A model generated the notes under the pieces. The model was given only the letters and a program-made list of their open reading frames with translations, did no database searches and was not told the origin of the DNA. DNA of 64,000 bases from Eledone cirrhosa. Taxonomy: Eukaryota. Position numbers and translations under genes: made by a program. Shown here piece by piece: positions 12,643 through 25,276 of the stretch; the first letter of the stretch is position 1, and each line of letters begins with the position of its first letter. The stretch is taken from NCBI GenBank assembly GCA_964016885.1, contig OZ024764.1, positions 16,616,001-16,680,000 on the forward strand, given 5' to 3'.

Positions 12643-13875
12643 CCGAATTGAGAGATCCCAGCTCTGATACTACAGACATGTGGTTAGAATGTCTCAGGAA
12701 AGAATCTCTGAATTGAGAGATCACAGCTCTTATACTACAGACATGTGGTTAGAATGTCTGAGGAAAGAATCTCTGGATTGAGAGATCACAGCTCTGATAC
12801 TACAGACAAGTGGTTAGAATGTCTCAGGAAAGAATCTCTGAATTGAGAGATCACAGCTCTGATACTACAGACATGTGGTTAGAATGTCTCGGGAAAGAAT
12901 CTCTGAATTGAGAGATCACAGCTCTGATACTACAGACATGTGGTTAGAATGTCTCAGGAAAGAATCTCTGAATTGAGAGATCACAGCTCTGATACTACAG
13001 ACATGTGGTTAGAATGTCTGAGGAAAGAATCTCTGGATTGAGAGATCACAGCTCTGATACTACAGACAAGTGGTTAGAATGTCTCAGGAAAGAATTTCTG
13101 AATTGAGAGATCACAGCTCTGATACTACAGACATGTGGTTAGAATGTCTCGGGAAAGAATCTCTGAATTGAGAGATCACAGCTCTGATACTACAGACATG
13201 TGGTTAGAATGTCTCAGGAAAGAATCTCTGAATTGAGAGATCACAGCTCTGATACTACAGACATGTGGTTAGAATGTCTGAGGAAAGAATCTCTGGATTG
13301 AGAGATCACAGCTCTGATACTACAGACATGTGGTTAGAATGTCTCGGGAAAGAATCTCTGAATTGAGAGACCACAGCTCTGATACTACAGACATGTGGTT
13401 AGAATGTCTGAGGAAAGAATCTCTGTATTGAGAGATCACAGCTCTGATACTACAGACATGTGGTTAGAATGTCTCAGATAAGAATCTCTGGATTGAGAGA
13501 TCACAGCTCTGATACTACAGACATGTGGTTAGAATGTCTGAGGAAAGAATCTCTGAATTGAGAGATCACAGCTCTGATACTACAGACATGTGGTTAGAAT
13601 GTCTCAGATAAGAATCTCTGGATTGAGAGATCACAGCTCTGATACTACAGACATGTGGTTAGAATGTCTGAGGAAAGAATCTCTGAATTGAGAGATCACA
13701 GCTCTGATACTACAGACATGTGGTTAGAATGTCTCAGATAAGAATCTCTGGATTGAGAGATCACAGCTCTGATACTACAGACATGTGGTTAGAATGTCTG
13801 AGGAAAGAATCTCTGGATTGAGAGATCACAACTCTGATAATACAGACATGTGGTTAGAATGTCTGAGGGAAGAAT
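12643..13875. repeat. 65-bp minisatellite, about 19 copies, RTE-derived
   Basis: gaattgagagatcacagctctgatactacagacatgtggttagaatgtctcaggaaagaatctct. Confidence 0.93.
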
Positions 13876-13997
13876 TGCTGGACAGATTTTATGGGCAAAA
13901 CCAACTGGCAGGAGACCTATTTCTAGATCACTTACCTGCTGAACAAGCTACAGTGAGGCGAGGGGGATTTAGCTGCTATTTCTAGGAGATCACTTAC

Positions 13998-14087
13998 CTG
14001 CTGAACAAGCTACAGTGAGGTGAAGGAGGTTGTCCGATTGTTCTGTGGCATCCTGTAGTATCTTGTTGCACTGTTTTACACAGCTTT
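13998..14087 (-). CDS. HIP1: HIP1 exon: SCVKQCNKILQDATEQSDNLLHLTVACSA
   Basis: ctttcag/gtaagt; 90 nt, phase 1->1. Confidence 0.9.
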
Positions 14088-14093
14088 CTGAAA

Positions 14094-14249
14094 GTAGTAG
14101 TAATAGTAGTAGTAGTGGCGGTGGTGGTAGTAGTAGTGGTGGTGGTAGTAGTAGTGGTGGTGGTGGTAGTAGTAGTGGTGGTGGTGGAAGTAGTAGTGGT
14201 AGTAGTAGTGGTGGTGGTGGTGGTAGTAGTGGTGGTGGTAGTAGTAGTG

Positions 14250-14290
<41 letters not shown>

Positions 14291-14965
14291 GGTGGTAGTG
14301 GTGGTAGTAGTAGTGTTGGTGGTGGTAGTAGTAGTAGTAATAGTAGTAGTGGTGGTAGTAGTAGTGGAGGTGGTAGTAGTAGTGGTAGTAGTAGTGGTGG
14401 TGGTAGTAGTAGTGGTGGTGGTAGTAGTAGTGGTGGTGGTGGTAGTAGTAGTGGTGGTGGTAGTGGTGGTGGTGGTAGTAGTAGTGGTGGTGGTGGTGGT
14501 GGTAGTAGTAGTGGTGGTGGTAGTGGTGGTGGTAGTGGTGGTGGTGGTAGATTTGATGAAAGAACAAAGAGAGATGGGCATGAGAGAGAGAAAGAGAGGA
14601 TGAGGGAGAGAGAGGGAGGATGAGAGAGAGGGATGAGAGAGAGAGAAGGATGAGAGAGAGAGGATGAGAGAGAGAGGATGAGAGAGAGAGAGAGGGGGGA
14701 TGAGAGAGAGAGAGAGGAGATGAGAGAGAGAGAGAGGAGATGAGAGAGAGGGATGAGAGAGAGAGAGGGATGAGAGAGAGGAGATGAGAGAGAGGGATGA
14801 GAGAGAGGAGATGAGAGAGAGGGATGAGAGAGAGGAGATGAGAGAGAGAGGGATGAGAGAGAGAATGAGAGAGAGGATGAATGAGAGAGGATGAGAGAGA
14901 GAGAGAGGGGGGGTGAGAGAGAGAGAGAGAGAGAGATGAGAGAGAGAGGGATGAGAGAGAGAGGA

Positions 14966-15011
<46 letters not shown>

Positions 15012-15457
15012 TGAGAGAGAGGGATGAGAGAGAGGAGATGAGAGAGAGGGATGAGAGAGAGGAGATGAGAGAGAGAATGAGAGAGGATGAGAGAGAGAGG
15101 GGGGTGAGAGAGAGAGAGAGAGAGAGGAGATGAGAGAGAGAGAGATGAGAGAGAGAGGGATGAGAGAGAGATGAGAGAGAGAGAGAGAGAGAGGATGAGA
15201 GAGAGAGAGAGAGAGAGAGAGAGGGATGAGAGAGAGAGAGAGGGGGGATGAGAGAGAGAGAGAGAGAGGAGATGAGAGAGAGAGGGATGAGAGAGAGGGA
15301 TGAGAGAGAGAGAGGGATGAGAGAGGGGGGGGGATGAGAGAGAGAGGGAGAGAGGGATGAGAGAGAGGGATGAGAGAGGGATGAGAGAGAGAGGGATGAG
15401 AGAGAGGGATGAGAGAGGGATGAGAGAGAGAGAGAGAGAGGGATGAGAGAGAGAGAT
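14094..15457. repeat. Compound microsatellite (GTA/GGT)n then (GA/GAT)n filling an intron
   Basis: Direct inspection. Confidence 0.92.
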
Positions 15458-15476
15458 AGCCAAAGTTTGTTCTTAC

Positions 15477-15882
15477 GTATAAGTAGTTGGTAAAGTTTTT
15501 TAAAGGCTTCTGTGTGTTCAGTTTCTATTTTAATCTTTTCTGACATTAACGTTTCATATTTCCGCTCCATTTCTTGTATATTCCTATTGTACATGTCTTC
15601 CGTTGTTTGTTGTAAGTTCTGGCAGCTCCTCAACTGTGATTCTTTCACCTCCATCTCCTTCTTCAGTGCCTCTTCTGTCATCTTTTTCTCATCACCAGTT
15701 TCTTTCAGTTGATTCTGTAGAGATGTCACCTCTTTCTGTAGTTTCGACTCAGTTTCCTCCCTTTCTGTCTTCACCACCTGCAGCGTCTCCTCCAGTGCCA
15801 CACTGGTGGACCGCACATCCTCCAGATCTGTTTCCAACTGTAGCTTCTGCGCTTTAATCAATTCGATTTCTTTTGTTAATTC
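15477..15882 (-). CDS. HIP1: HIP1 large coiled-coil exon: ELTKEIELIKAQKLQLE...FKKLYQLLI
   Basis: tcgtag/gtaaga; 406 nt, phase 0->1. Confidence 0.9.
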
Positions 15883-16084
15883 CTACGAGTGGGGATACAC
15901 ATATGGTTAGATGGAGGGAGAGACAGACAGACTTTAGTTTCAAACTTTCACAAAATAAACAAGAAAGGAAATCATAATCAACAACATCACAAAGATTATT
16001 TATTCATTTACTAAAATCTGTAGCTTAACTCCACTATTTTAAGTTATTCTAGGTGAATTCATCTGCAAATGAAATCACTCTACA

Positions 16085-16570
16085 ACAATTTATCTACAAA
16101 TGTAATTTATCTACAGGTGAAATTTATCTATGATAATGTATCTACAGATGTAATTTATCTATGATAATGTATCTACAGATGTGATTTATCTATGATAATG
16201 TATCTACAGATGTGATTTATCTATGATAATTTATCTACAGATGTGATTTATCTATGATAATGTATCTTCAGATGTGATTTATATATGATAATTTATCTAC
16301 AGATGTGATTTAATTACAGCTATAATTTACCTACAGATTTGATTTATCTACAGATGTGATTTAATTACAGCTATAATTTACATACAGATTTGATTTATCT
16401 ATGATAATTTATCTCTAAATGTAATTTATCTACAGATATAGTTTATCTACAGATGTAATTTATATACAGATATAGTTTATTTATGATAATTTATCTACAG
16501 ATGTATAATTCTTCTGGAGATGTAATTTGACTATGATAATATATTTTTGACAATTTATCAACAGATGTAA
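16085..16570. repeat. Degenerate 15/31-bp minisatellite
   Basis: tttatctacagatgtga / tttatctatgataat units. Confidence 0.8.
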
Positions 16571-16602
16571 AAATTGTTATGTACTAACATATATATTCAG
16601 CA

Positions 16603-19600
16603 TTCAGTCATCAGAAGAAGTAGGTGTAAAAGACAAACTTACTTTCTTCAACTCAGTAATCAGAAGGGAGGTAGGTGTAAAAGACAAACTTACTGTCTTC
16701 AACTCAGTAATCAGAAGGGAGGTAGGTGTAAAAGACAAACTCACTGTCTTCAATTCAGTAATCAGAAGGGAGGTAGGTGTAAAAGACAAACTTACTGTCT
16801 TCAACTCAGTAATCAGAAGGGAGGTAGGTGTAAAAGACAAACTTACTGTCTTCAACTCAGTAATCAGAAGGGAGGTAGGTGTAAAAGACAAACTTACTGT
16901 CTTCAATTCAGACAGAAGGGAGGTAGGTGTAAAAGACAAACTTACTGTCTTCAATTCAGACAGAAGGGAGGTAGGTGTAAAAGACAAACTTACTGTCTTC
17001 AACTCAGTAATCAGAAGGGAGGTAGGTGTAAAAGACAAACTCACTGTCTTCAATTCAGTAATCAGAAGGGAGGTAGGTGTAAAAGACAAACTTACTGTCT
17101 TCAACTCAGTAATCAGAAGGGAGGTAGGTGTAAAAGACAAACTTACTGTCTTCAACTCAGTAATCAGAAGGGAGGTAGGTGTAAAAGACAAACTTACTAT
17201 CTTCAACTCAGTAATTAGAAGGGAGGTAGGTGTAAAAGACAAACTCACTGTCTTCAATTCAGTAATCAGAAGGGAGATAGGTGTAAAAGACAAACTCACT
17301 GTCTTCAACTCAGTAATCAGAAGGGAGGTAGGTGTAAAAGACAAACTTAGTGTCTTCAACTCAGTAATCAGAAGGGAGGTAGGTGTAAAAGACAAACTCA
17401 CTGTCTTCAACTCAGTAATCAGAAGGGTGGTAGGTGTAAAAGACAAACTCCCTGTCTTCAATTCAGTAATCAGAAGGGAGGTAGGTGTAAAAGACAAACT
17501 CACTGTCTTCAACTCAGTAATCAGAAGGGAGGTAGGTGTAAAAGACAAACTCACTGTCTTCAATTCAGTAATCAGAAGGGAGGTAGGTGTAAAAGACAAA
17601 CTCACTGTCTTCAACTCAGTAATCAGAAGGGAGGTAGGTGTAAAAGAAAACTTACTGTCTTCAATTCAGTAATCAGAAGGGAGGTAGGTGTAAAAGACAA
17701 ACTCACTGTCTTCAACTCAGTAATCAGAAGGGAGGTAGGTGTAAAAGACAAACTCACTGTCTTCAACTCAGTAATCAGAAGGGAGGTAGGTGTAAAAGAC
17801 AAACTCACTGTCTTCAACTCAGTAATCAGAAGGGAGGTAGGTGTAAAAGACAAACTCACTGTCTTCAACTCAGTAATCAGAAGGGAGGTAGGTGTAAAAG
17901 ACAAACTCACTGTCTTCAACTCAGTAATCAGAAGGGAGGTAGGTGTAAAAGACAAACTCACTGTCTTCAACTCAGTAATCAGAAGGGAGGTAGGTGTAAA
18001 AGACAAACTCACTGTCTTCAACTCAGTAATCAGAAGGGAGGTAGGTGTAAAAGACAAACTCACTGTCTTCAACTCAGTAATCAGAAGGGAGGTAGGTGTA
18101 AAAGACAAACTCACTGTCTTCAACTCAGTAATCAGAAGGGAGGTAGGTGTAAAAGACAAACTCACTGTCTTCAACTCAGTAATCAGAAGGGAGGTAGGTG
18201 TAAAAGACAAACTCACTGTCTTCAACTCAGTAATCAGAAGGGAGGTAGGTGTAAAAGACAAACTTACTGTCTTCAATTCAGTAATCAGAAGGGAGGTAGG
18301 TGTAAAAGACAAACTCACTGTCTTCAACTCAGTAATCAGAAGGGAGGTAGGTGTAAAAGACAAACTTACTATCTTCAACTCAGTAATCAGAAGGGAGGTA
18401 GGTGTAAAAGACAAACTCCCTGTCTTCAATTCAGTAATCAGAAGGGAGGTAGGTGTAAAAGACAAACTCACTGTCTTCAACTCAGTAATCAGAAGGGAGG
18501 TAGGTGTAAAAGACAAACTCACTGTCTTCAACTCAGTAATCAGAAGGGAGGTAGGTGTAAAAGACAAACTTACTGTCTTCAATTCAGTAATCAGAAGGGA
18601 GGTAGGTGTAAAAGACAAACTCACTGTCTTCAACTCAGTAATCAGAAGGGAGGTAGGTGTAAAAGACAAACTTACTATCTTCAACTCAGTAATCAGAAGG
18701 GAGGTAGGTGTAAAAGACAAACTCCCTGTCTTCAATTCAGTAATCAGAAGGGAGGTAGGTGTAAAAGACAAACTCACTGTCTTCAACTCAGTAATCAGAA
18801 GGGAGGTAGGTGTAAAAGACAAACTCACTGTCTTCAACTCAGTAATCAGAAGGGAGGTAGGTGTAAAAGACAAACTTACTGTCTTCAATTCAGTAATCAG
18901 AAGGGAGGTAGGTGTAAAAGACAAACTCACTGTCTTCAACTCAGTAATCAGAAGGGAGGTAGGTGTAAAAGACAAACTTACTATCTTCAACTCAGTAATC
19001 AGAAGGGAGGTAGGTGTAAAAGACAAACTCCCTGTCTTCAATTCAGTAATCAGAAGGGAGGTAGGTGTAAAAGACAAACTCACTGTCTTCAACTCAGTAA
19101 TCAGAAGGGAGGGAGGTGTAAAAGACAAACTCACTATCTTCAATTCAGTAATCAGAAGGGAGGTAGGTGTAAAAGACAAACTCACCGTCTTCAACTCAGT
19201 AATCAGAAGGGAGGTAGGTGTAAAAGACAAACTCACTGTCTTCAACTCAGTAATCAGAAGGGAGGTAGGTGTAAAAGACAAACTTACTGTCTTCAACTCA
19301 GTAATCAGAAGGGAGGTAGGTGTAAAAGACAAACTTACTGTCTTCAACTCAGTAATCAGAAGGGAGGTAGGTGTAAAAGACAAACTTACTGTCTTCAACT
19401 CAGTAATCAGAAGGGAGGTAGGTGTAAAAGACAAACTTACTGTCTTCAACTCAGTAATCAGAAGGGAGGTAGGTGTAAAAGACAAACTCACCGTCTTCAA
19501 CTCAGTAATCAGAAGGGAGGTAGGTGTAAAAGACAAACTTACTGTCTTCAACTCAGTAATCAGAAGGGAGGTAGGTGTAAAAGACAAACTTACTGTCTTC

Positions 19601-22600
19601 AACTCAGTAATCAGAAGGGAGGTAGGTGTAAAAGACAAACTCACCGTCTTCAACTCAGTAATCAGAAGGGAGGTAGGTGTAAAAGACAAACTTACTGTCT
19701 TCAACTCAGTAATCAGAAGGGAGGTAGGTGTAAAAGACAAACTCACCGTCTTCAACTCAGTAATCAGAAGGGAGGTAGGTGTAAAAGACAAACTTACTGT
19801 CTTCAACTCAGTAATCAGAAGGGAGGTAGGTGTAAAAGACAAACTCACCGTCTTCAACTCAGTAATCAGAAGGGAGGTAGGTGTAAAAGACAAACTCACT
19901 GTCTTCAACTCAGAAATCAGAAGGGAGGTAGGTGTAAAAGACAAACTTACTGTCTTCAACTCAGTAATCAGAAGGGAGGTAGGTGTAAAAGACAAACTCA
20001 CTGTCTTCAACTCAGTAATCAGAAGGGAGGTAGGTGTAAAAGACAAACTCACTGTCTTCAACTCAGAAATCAGAAGGGAGGTAGGTGTAAAAGACAAACT
20101 CACTGTCTTCAACTCAGTAATCAGAAGGGAGGTAGGTGTAAAAGACAAACTCACTGTCTTCAACTCAGTAATCAGAAGGGAGGTAGGTGTAAAAGACAAA
20201 CTCACCGTCTTCAACTCAGTAATCAGAAGGGAGGTAGGTGTAAAAGACAAACTCACTGTCTTCAACTCAGTAATCAGAAGGGAGGTAGGTGTAAAAGACA
20301 AACTCACTGTCTTCAACTCAGTAATCAGAAGGGAGGTAGGTGTAAAAGACAAACTCACTGTCTTCAACTCAGTAATCAGAAGGGAGGTAGGTGTAAAAGA
20401 CAAACTCACTGTCTTCAACTCAGAAATCAGAAGGGAGGTAGGTGTAAAAGACAAACTTACTGTCTTCAACTCAGTAATCAGAAGGGAGGTAGGTGTAAAA
20501 GACAAACTTACTGTCTTCAACTCAGTAATCAGAAGGGAGGTAGGTGTAAAAGACAAACTCACCGTCTTCAACTCAGTAATCAGAAGGGAGGTAGGTGTAA
20601 AAGACAAACTTACTGTCTTCAACTCAGTAATCAGAAGGGAGGTAGGTGTAAAAGACAAACTCACTGTCTTCAACTCAGTAATCAGAAGGGAGGTAGGTGT
20701 AAAATACAAACTCACTGTCTTCAACTCAGTCATCAGAAGGGAGGTAGGTGTAAAAGACAAACTTACTGTCTTCAACTCAGTAATCAGAAGGGAGGTAGGT
20801 GTAAAAGACAAACTCACTGTCTTCAACTCAGTAATCAGAAGGGAGGTAGGTGTAAAAGACAAACTCACTGTCTTCAACTCAGTCATCAGAAGGGAGGTAG
20901 GTGTAAAAGACAAACTTACTGTCTTCAACTCAGTAATCAGAAGGGAGGTAGGTGTAAAAGACAAACTCACTGTCTTCAACTCAGTAATCAGAAGGGAGGT
21001 AGGTGTAAAAGACAAACTCACTGTCTTCAACTCAGTAATCAGAAGGGAGGTAGGTGTAAAAGACAAACTCACTGTCTTCAACTCAGTCATCAGAAGGGAG
21101 GTAGGTGTAAAAGACAAACTTACTATCTTCAACTCAGTAATCAGAAGGGAGGTAGGTGTAAAAGACAAACTCACTGTCTTCAACTCAGTAATCAGAAGGG
21201 AGGTAGGTGTAAAAGACAAACTCACTGTCTTCAACTCAGTAATCAGAAGGGAGGTAGGTGTAAAAGACAAACTCACTGTCTTCAACTCAGTAATCAGAAG
21301 GGAGGTAGGTGTAAAAGACAAACTCACTGTCTTCAACTCAGTCATCAGAAGGGAGGTAGGTGTAAAAGACAAACTTACTGTCTTCAACTCAGTAATCAGA
21401 AGGGAGGTAGGTGTAAAAGACAAACTCACTGTCTTCAACTCAGTAATCAGAAGGGAGGTAGGTGTAAAAGACAAACTCACTGTCTTCAACTCAGTCATCA
21501 GAAGGGAGGTAGGTGTAAAAGACAAACTTACTGTCTTCAACTCAGTAATCAGAAGGGAGGTAGGTGTAAAAGACAAACTCACTGTCTTCAACTCAGTAAT
21601 CAGAAGGGAGGTAGGTGTAAAAGACAAACTCACTGTCTTCAATTCAGTAATCAGAAGGGAGGTAGGTGTAAAAGACAAACTCACTGTCTTCAACTCAGTA
21701 ATCAGAAGGGAGGTAGGTGTAAAAGACAAACTCACTGTCTTCAACTCAGTAATCAGAAGGGAGGTAGGTGTAAAAGACAAACTCACTGTCTTCAACTCAG
21801 TAATCAGAAGGGAGGTAGGTGTAAAAGACAAACTCACTGTCTTCAACTCAGTAATCAGAAGGGAGGTAGGTGTAAAAGACAAACTCACTGTCTTCAACTC
21901 AGTAATCAGAAGGGAGGTAGGTGTAAAAGACAAACTCCCTGTCTTCAACTCAGTAATCAGAAGGGAGGTAGGTGTAAAAGACAAACTCACTGTCTTCAAC
22001 TCAGTAATCAGAAGGGAGGTAGGTGTAAAAGACAAACTCACTGTCTTCAACTCAGTCATCAGAAGGGAGGTAGGTGTAAAAGACAAACTTACTGTCTTCA
22101 ACTCAGTAATCAGAAGGGAGGTAGGTGTAAAAGACAAACTCACTGTCTTCAACTCAGTAATCAGAAGGGAGGTAGGTGTAAAAGACAAACTCACTGTCTT
22201 CAACTCAGTAATCAGAAGGGAGGTAGGTGTAAAAGACAAACTCACTGTCTTCAACTCAGTAATCAGAAGGGAGGTAGGTGTAAAAGACAAACTCACTGTC
22301 TTCAACTCAGTAATCAGAAGGGAGGTAGGTGTAAAAGACAAACTCCCTGTCTTCAACTCAGTAATCAGAAGGGAGGTAGGTGTAAAAGACAAACTCACTG
22401 TCTTCAACTCAGTAATCAGAAGGGAGGTAGGTGTAAAAGACAAACTCACTGTCTTCAACTCAGTAATCAGAAGGGAGGTAGGTGTAAAAGACAAACTCAC
22501 TGTCTTCAACTCAGTAATCAGAAGGGAGGTAGGTGTAAAAGACAAACTCCCTGTCTTCAACTCAGTAATCAGAAGGGAGGTAGGTGTAAAAGACAAACTC

Positions 22601-23580
22601 ACTATCTTCAACTCAGTAATCAGAAGGGAGGTAGGTGTAAAAGACAAACTCACTGTCTTCAACTCAGTAATCAGAAGGGAGGTAGGTGTAAAAGACAAAC
22701 TCACTGTCTTCAACTCAGTAATCAGAAGGGAGGTAGGTGTAAAAGACAAACTCACTGTCTTCAACTCAGTAATCAGAAGGGAGGTAGGTGTAAAAGACAA
22801 ACTCACTGTCTTCAACTCAGTAATCAGAAGGGAGGTAGGTGTAAAAGACAAACTTACTGTCTTCAACTCAGTAATCAGAAGGGAGGTAGGTGTAAAAGAC
22901 AAACTCACTGTCTTCAACTCAGTAATCAGAAGGGAGGTAGGTGTAAAAGACAAACTCACTGTCTTCAACTCAGTAATCAGAAGGGAGGTAGGTGTAAAAG
23001 ACAAACTCACTGTCTTCAACTCAGTAATCAGAAGGGAGGTAGGTGTAAAAGACAAACTCACTGTCTTCAACTCAGTAATCAGAAGGGAGGTAGGTGTAAA
23101 AGACAAACTCACTGTCTTCAACTCAGTAATCAGAAGGGAGGTAGGTGTAAAAGACAAACTCACTGTCTTCAACTCAGTAATCAGAAGGGAGGTAGGTGTA
23201 AAAGACAAACTTACTGTCTTCAACTCAGTAATCAGAAGGGAGGTAGGTGTAAAAGACAAACTCACTGTCTTCAACTCAGTAATCAGAAGGGAGGTAGGTG
23301 TAAAAGACAAACTCACTGTCTTCAACTCAGTAATCAGAAGGGAGGTAGGTGTAAAAGACAAACTCACTGTCTTCAACTCAGTAATCAGAAGGGAGGTAGG
23401 TGTAAAAGACAAACTCACTGTCTTCAACTCAGTAATCAGAAGGGAGGTAGGTGTAAAAGACAAACTCACTGTCTTCAACTCAGTAATCAGAAGGGAGGTA
23501 GGTGTAAAAGACAAACTCACTGTCTTCAACTCAGTAATCAGAAGGGAGGTAGGTGTAAAAGACAAACTCACCGTCTTCAA
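16603..23580. repeat. 51-bp satellite, about 137 copies (7 kb), RTE-derived
   Basis: tcagtaatcagaagggaggtaggtgtaaaagacaaactcactgtcttcaac. Confidence 0.97.
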
Positions 23581-23650
23581 TACGGTTTTCATGCCAACCC
23601 CTGCCTATGGTCATGAATTTTGGGTTATGATTGAAAGAATATGATTGCGA

Positions 23651-23830
23651 ATGATTGAACCCCAGGGCAGAGTAGTAGCAATGATTGAACCCCAGGGCAG
23701 AGTAGTAGCAATGATTGAACCCCAGGGCAGAGTAGTAGCAATGATTGAACCCCAGGGAAGAGTAGTAGCAATGATTGAACCCCAGAGGCAGAGTTGTAGC
23801 AATGATTGAACCCCAGGGGCAGAGTAGTAG
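23651..23830. repeat. 30-bp minisatellite x6
   Basis: atgattgaaccccagggcagagtagtagca. Confidence 0.9.
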
Positions 23831-23876
23831 CGGCAGTAGTGCCCCCACCCTCCCATCGACTGAGTCTGCTTATTAC

Positions 23877-24011
23877 CTCATAATCATCGTTGGTGAGTTG
23901 GGATGGTGGTGGTGGTGGTGGTGGTGGTGGTGGTGGTGGTGGTGATGGTGATACTGCTGTCGTGGAGGGTGGGTTGCCATGGGAAGAAGCAGCAGCAGCA
24001 GCAGTGGCAGC
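23877..24011 (-). CDS. HIP1: Candidate cassette exon: [23 protein letters not shown](P)13SQLTNDDYE
   Basis: Pyrimidine tract plus gtacag acceptor, GAG/gtaata donor; 135 nt, stop-free, phase 0->0 like both neighbours. Confidence 0.5.
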
Positions 24012-24241
24012 CTGTACCCCAGAGGGTGTGTGACGAAGAAGAGAGAGAAAGAGAGATACATGTATGCATATATATAGATATAGAGAGAAAGGGGAGAGAG
24101 AGAGGTGTTTTTTTTCTCTGCATGTGTGTGTATATATATGTATATATATACACTATATATATATATATATATGTGTGTATATATGTGTATATAGTGTATA
24201 TATATATGTGTGTGTGTGTGTATATATATGTATATATACAC

Positions 24242-24276
<35 letters not shown>

Positions 24277-24295
24277 ATATATATATATATATATA

Positions 24296-24399
<104 letters not shown>

Positions 24400-24443
24400 A
24401 TATATGTATATATACACTATATATATATATATATATATGTGTG

Positions 24444-24474
<31 letters not shown>

Positions 24475-24491
24475 ATATATATGTATATATA

Positions 24492-24528
<37 letters not shown>

Positions 24529-24767
24529 TGTGTATATATATATGTGTGTGTATATATATATGTATATATACACTATATATATATATATATGTGTGTGTGT
24601 ATATATATGTGTGTGTATATATATATATGTATGTATATATATATGTATGTATATATATATATGTGTATATATATACATGTGTGTGTGCGTGTGTATGTAT
24701 ATATATATATATATGTGTGTGTGTGTATATATATGTGTGTATGTGTATATATATATATGTGTGTGTG

Positions 24768-24828
<61 letters not shown>

Positions 24829-25276
24829 ATATATATATATATATGTGTGTGTGTATATATATATATGTATGTATGTGTGTGTGTGTGTATATATCTATAT
24901 TATAGAGAGAGAAAGAGATAGAGAGAGAGATACAGCTGCAATTGTATATATTTACATGTGTATATACAAACATGGCTATGTGTAAAACTACACACAGCCT
25001 CCACAAAGGAAGACACAGTGTTATAAAAGGCTTTACTAGACCATTGCCTTCAGTTTAACAAGAACAACAACAACAACAACAAAATAAATCCATGCTTCGT
25101 GGGGTGGGGGAAGGGGTATACCTGAGATGTCATTAATTAAACGTGAAACAACGAAGAAGAAAACCAAACAACAGAACAACCATGCCAGAGGAGAGACAGA
25201 ACATTCCAGAAAGACACAAATAATTAGATCCTGAAATAGAGACAACCACAGAACAGATTTTTATGGTATGGCGGTG

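Larger units (their letters stand above)
12110..13920 (+). mobile_element. Decayed Rex3/Expander-like RTE fragment, interrupted by a MITE and an internal 65-bp array
   Basis: Translates LHHSV|IRREVGVKDKLTVFNSVFVPTLTNGCEAWVMTERIRSRI*AAEMGFL...IERSQL*YYRHVVRMSQER. Confidence 0.8.

Noticed and set aside
17623-23592. 1989-aa ORF (TELKTVSLSFTPTSLLI)n
   Set aside because: Consequence of a stop-free 51-bp (3n) tandem unit derived from antisense RTE sequence inside an intron; several frames are open.
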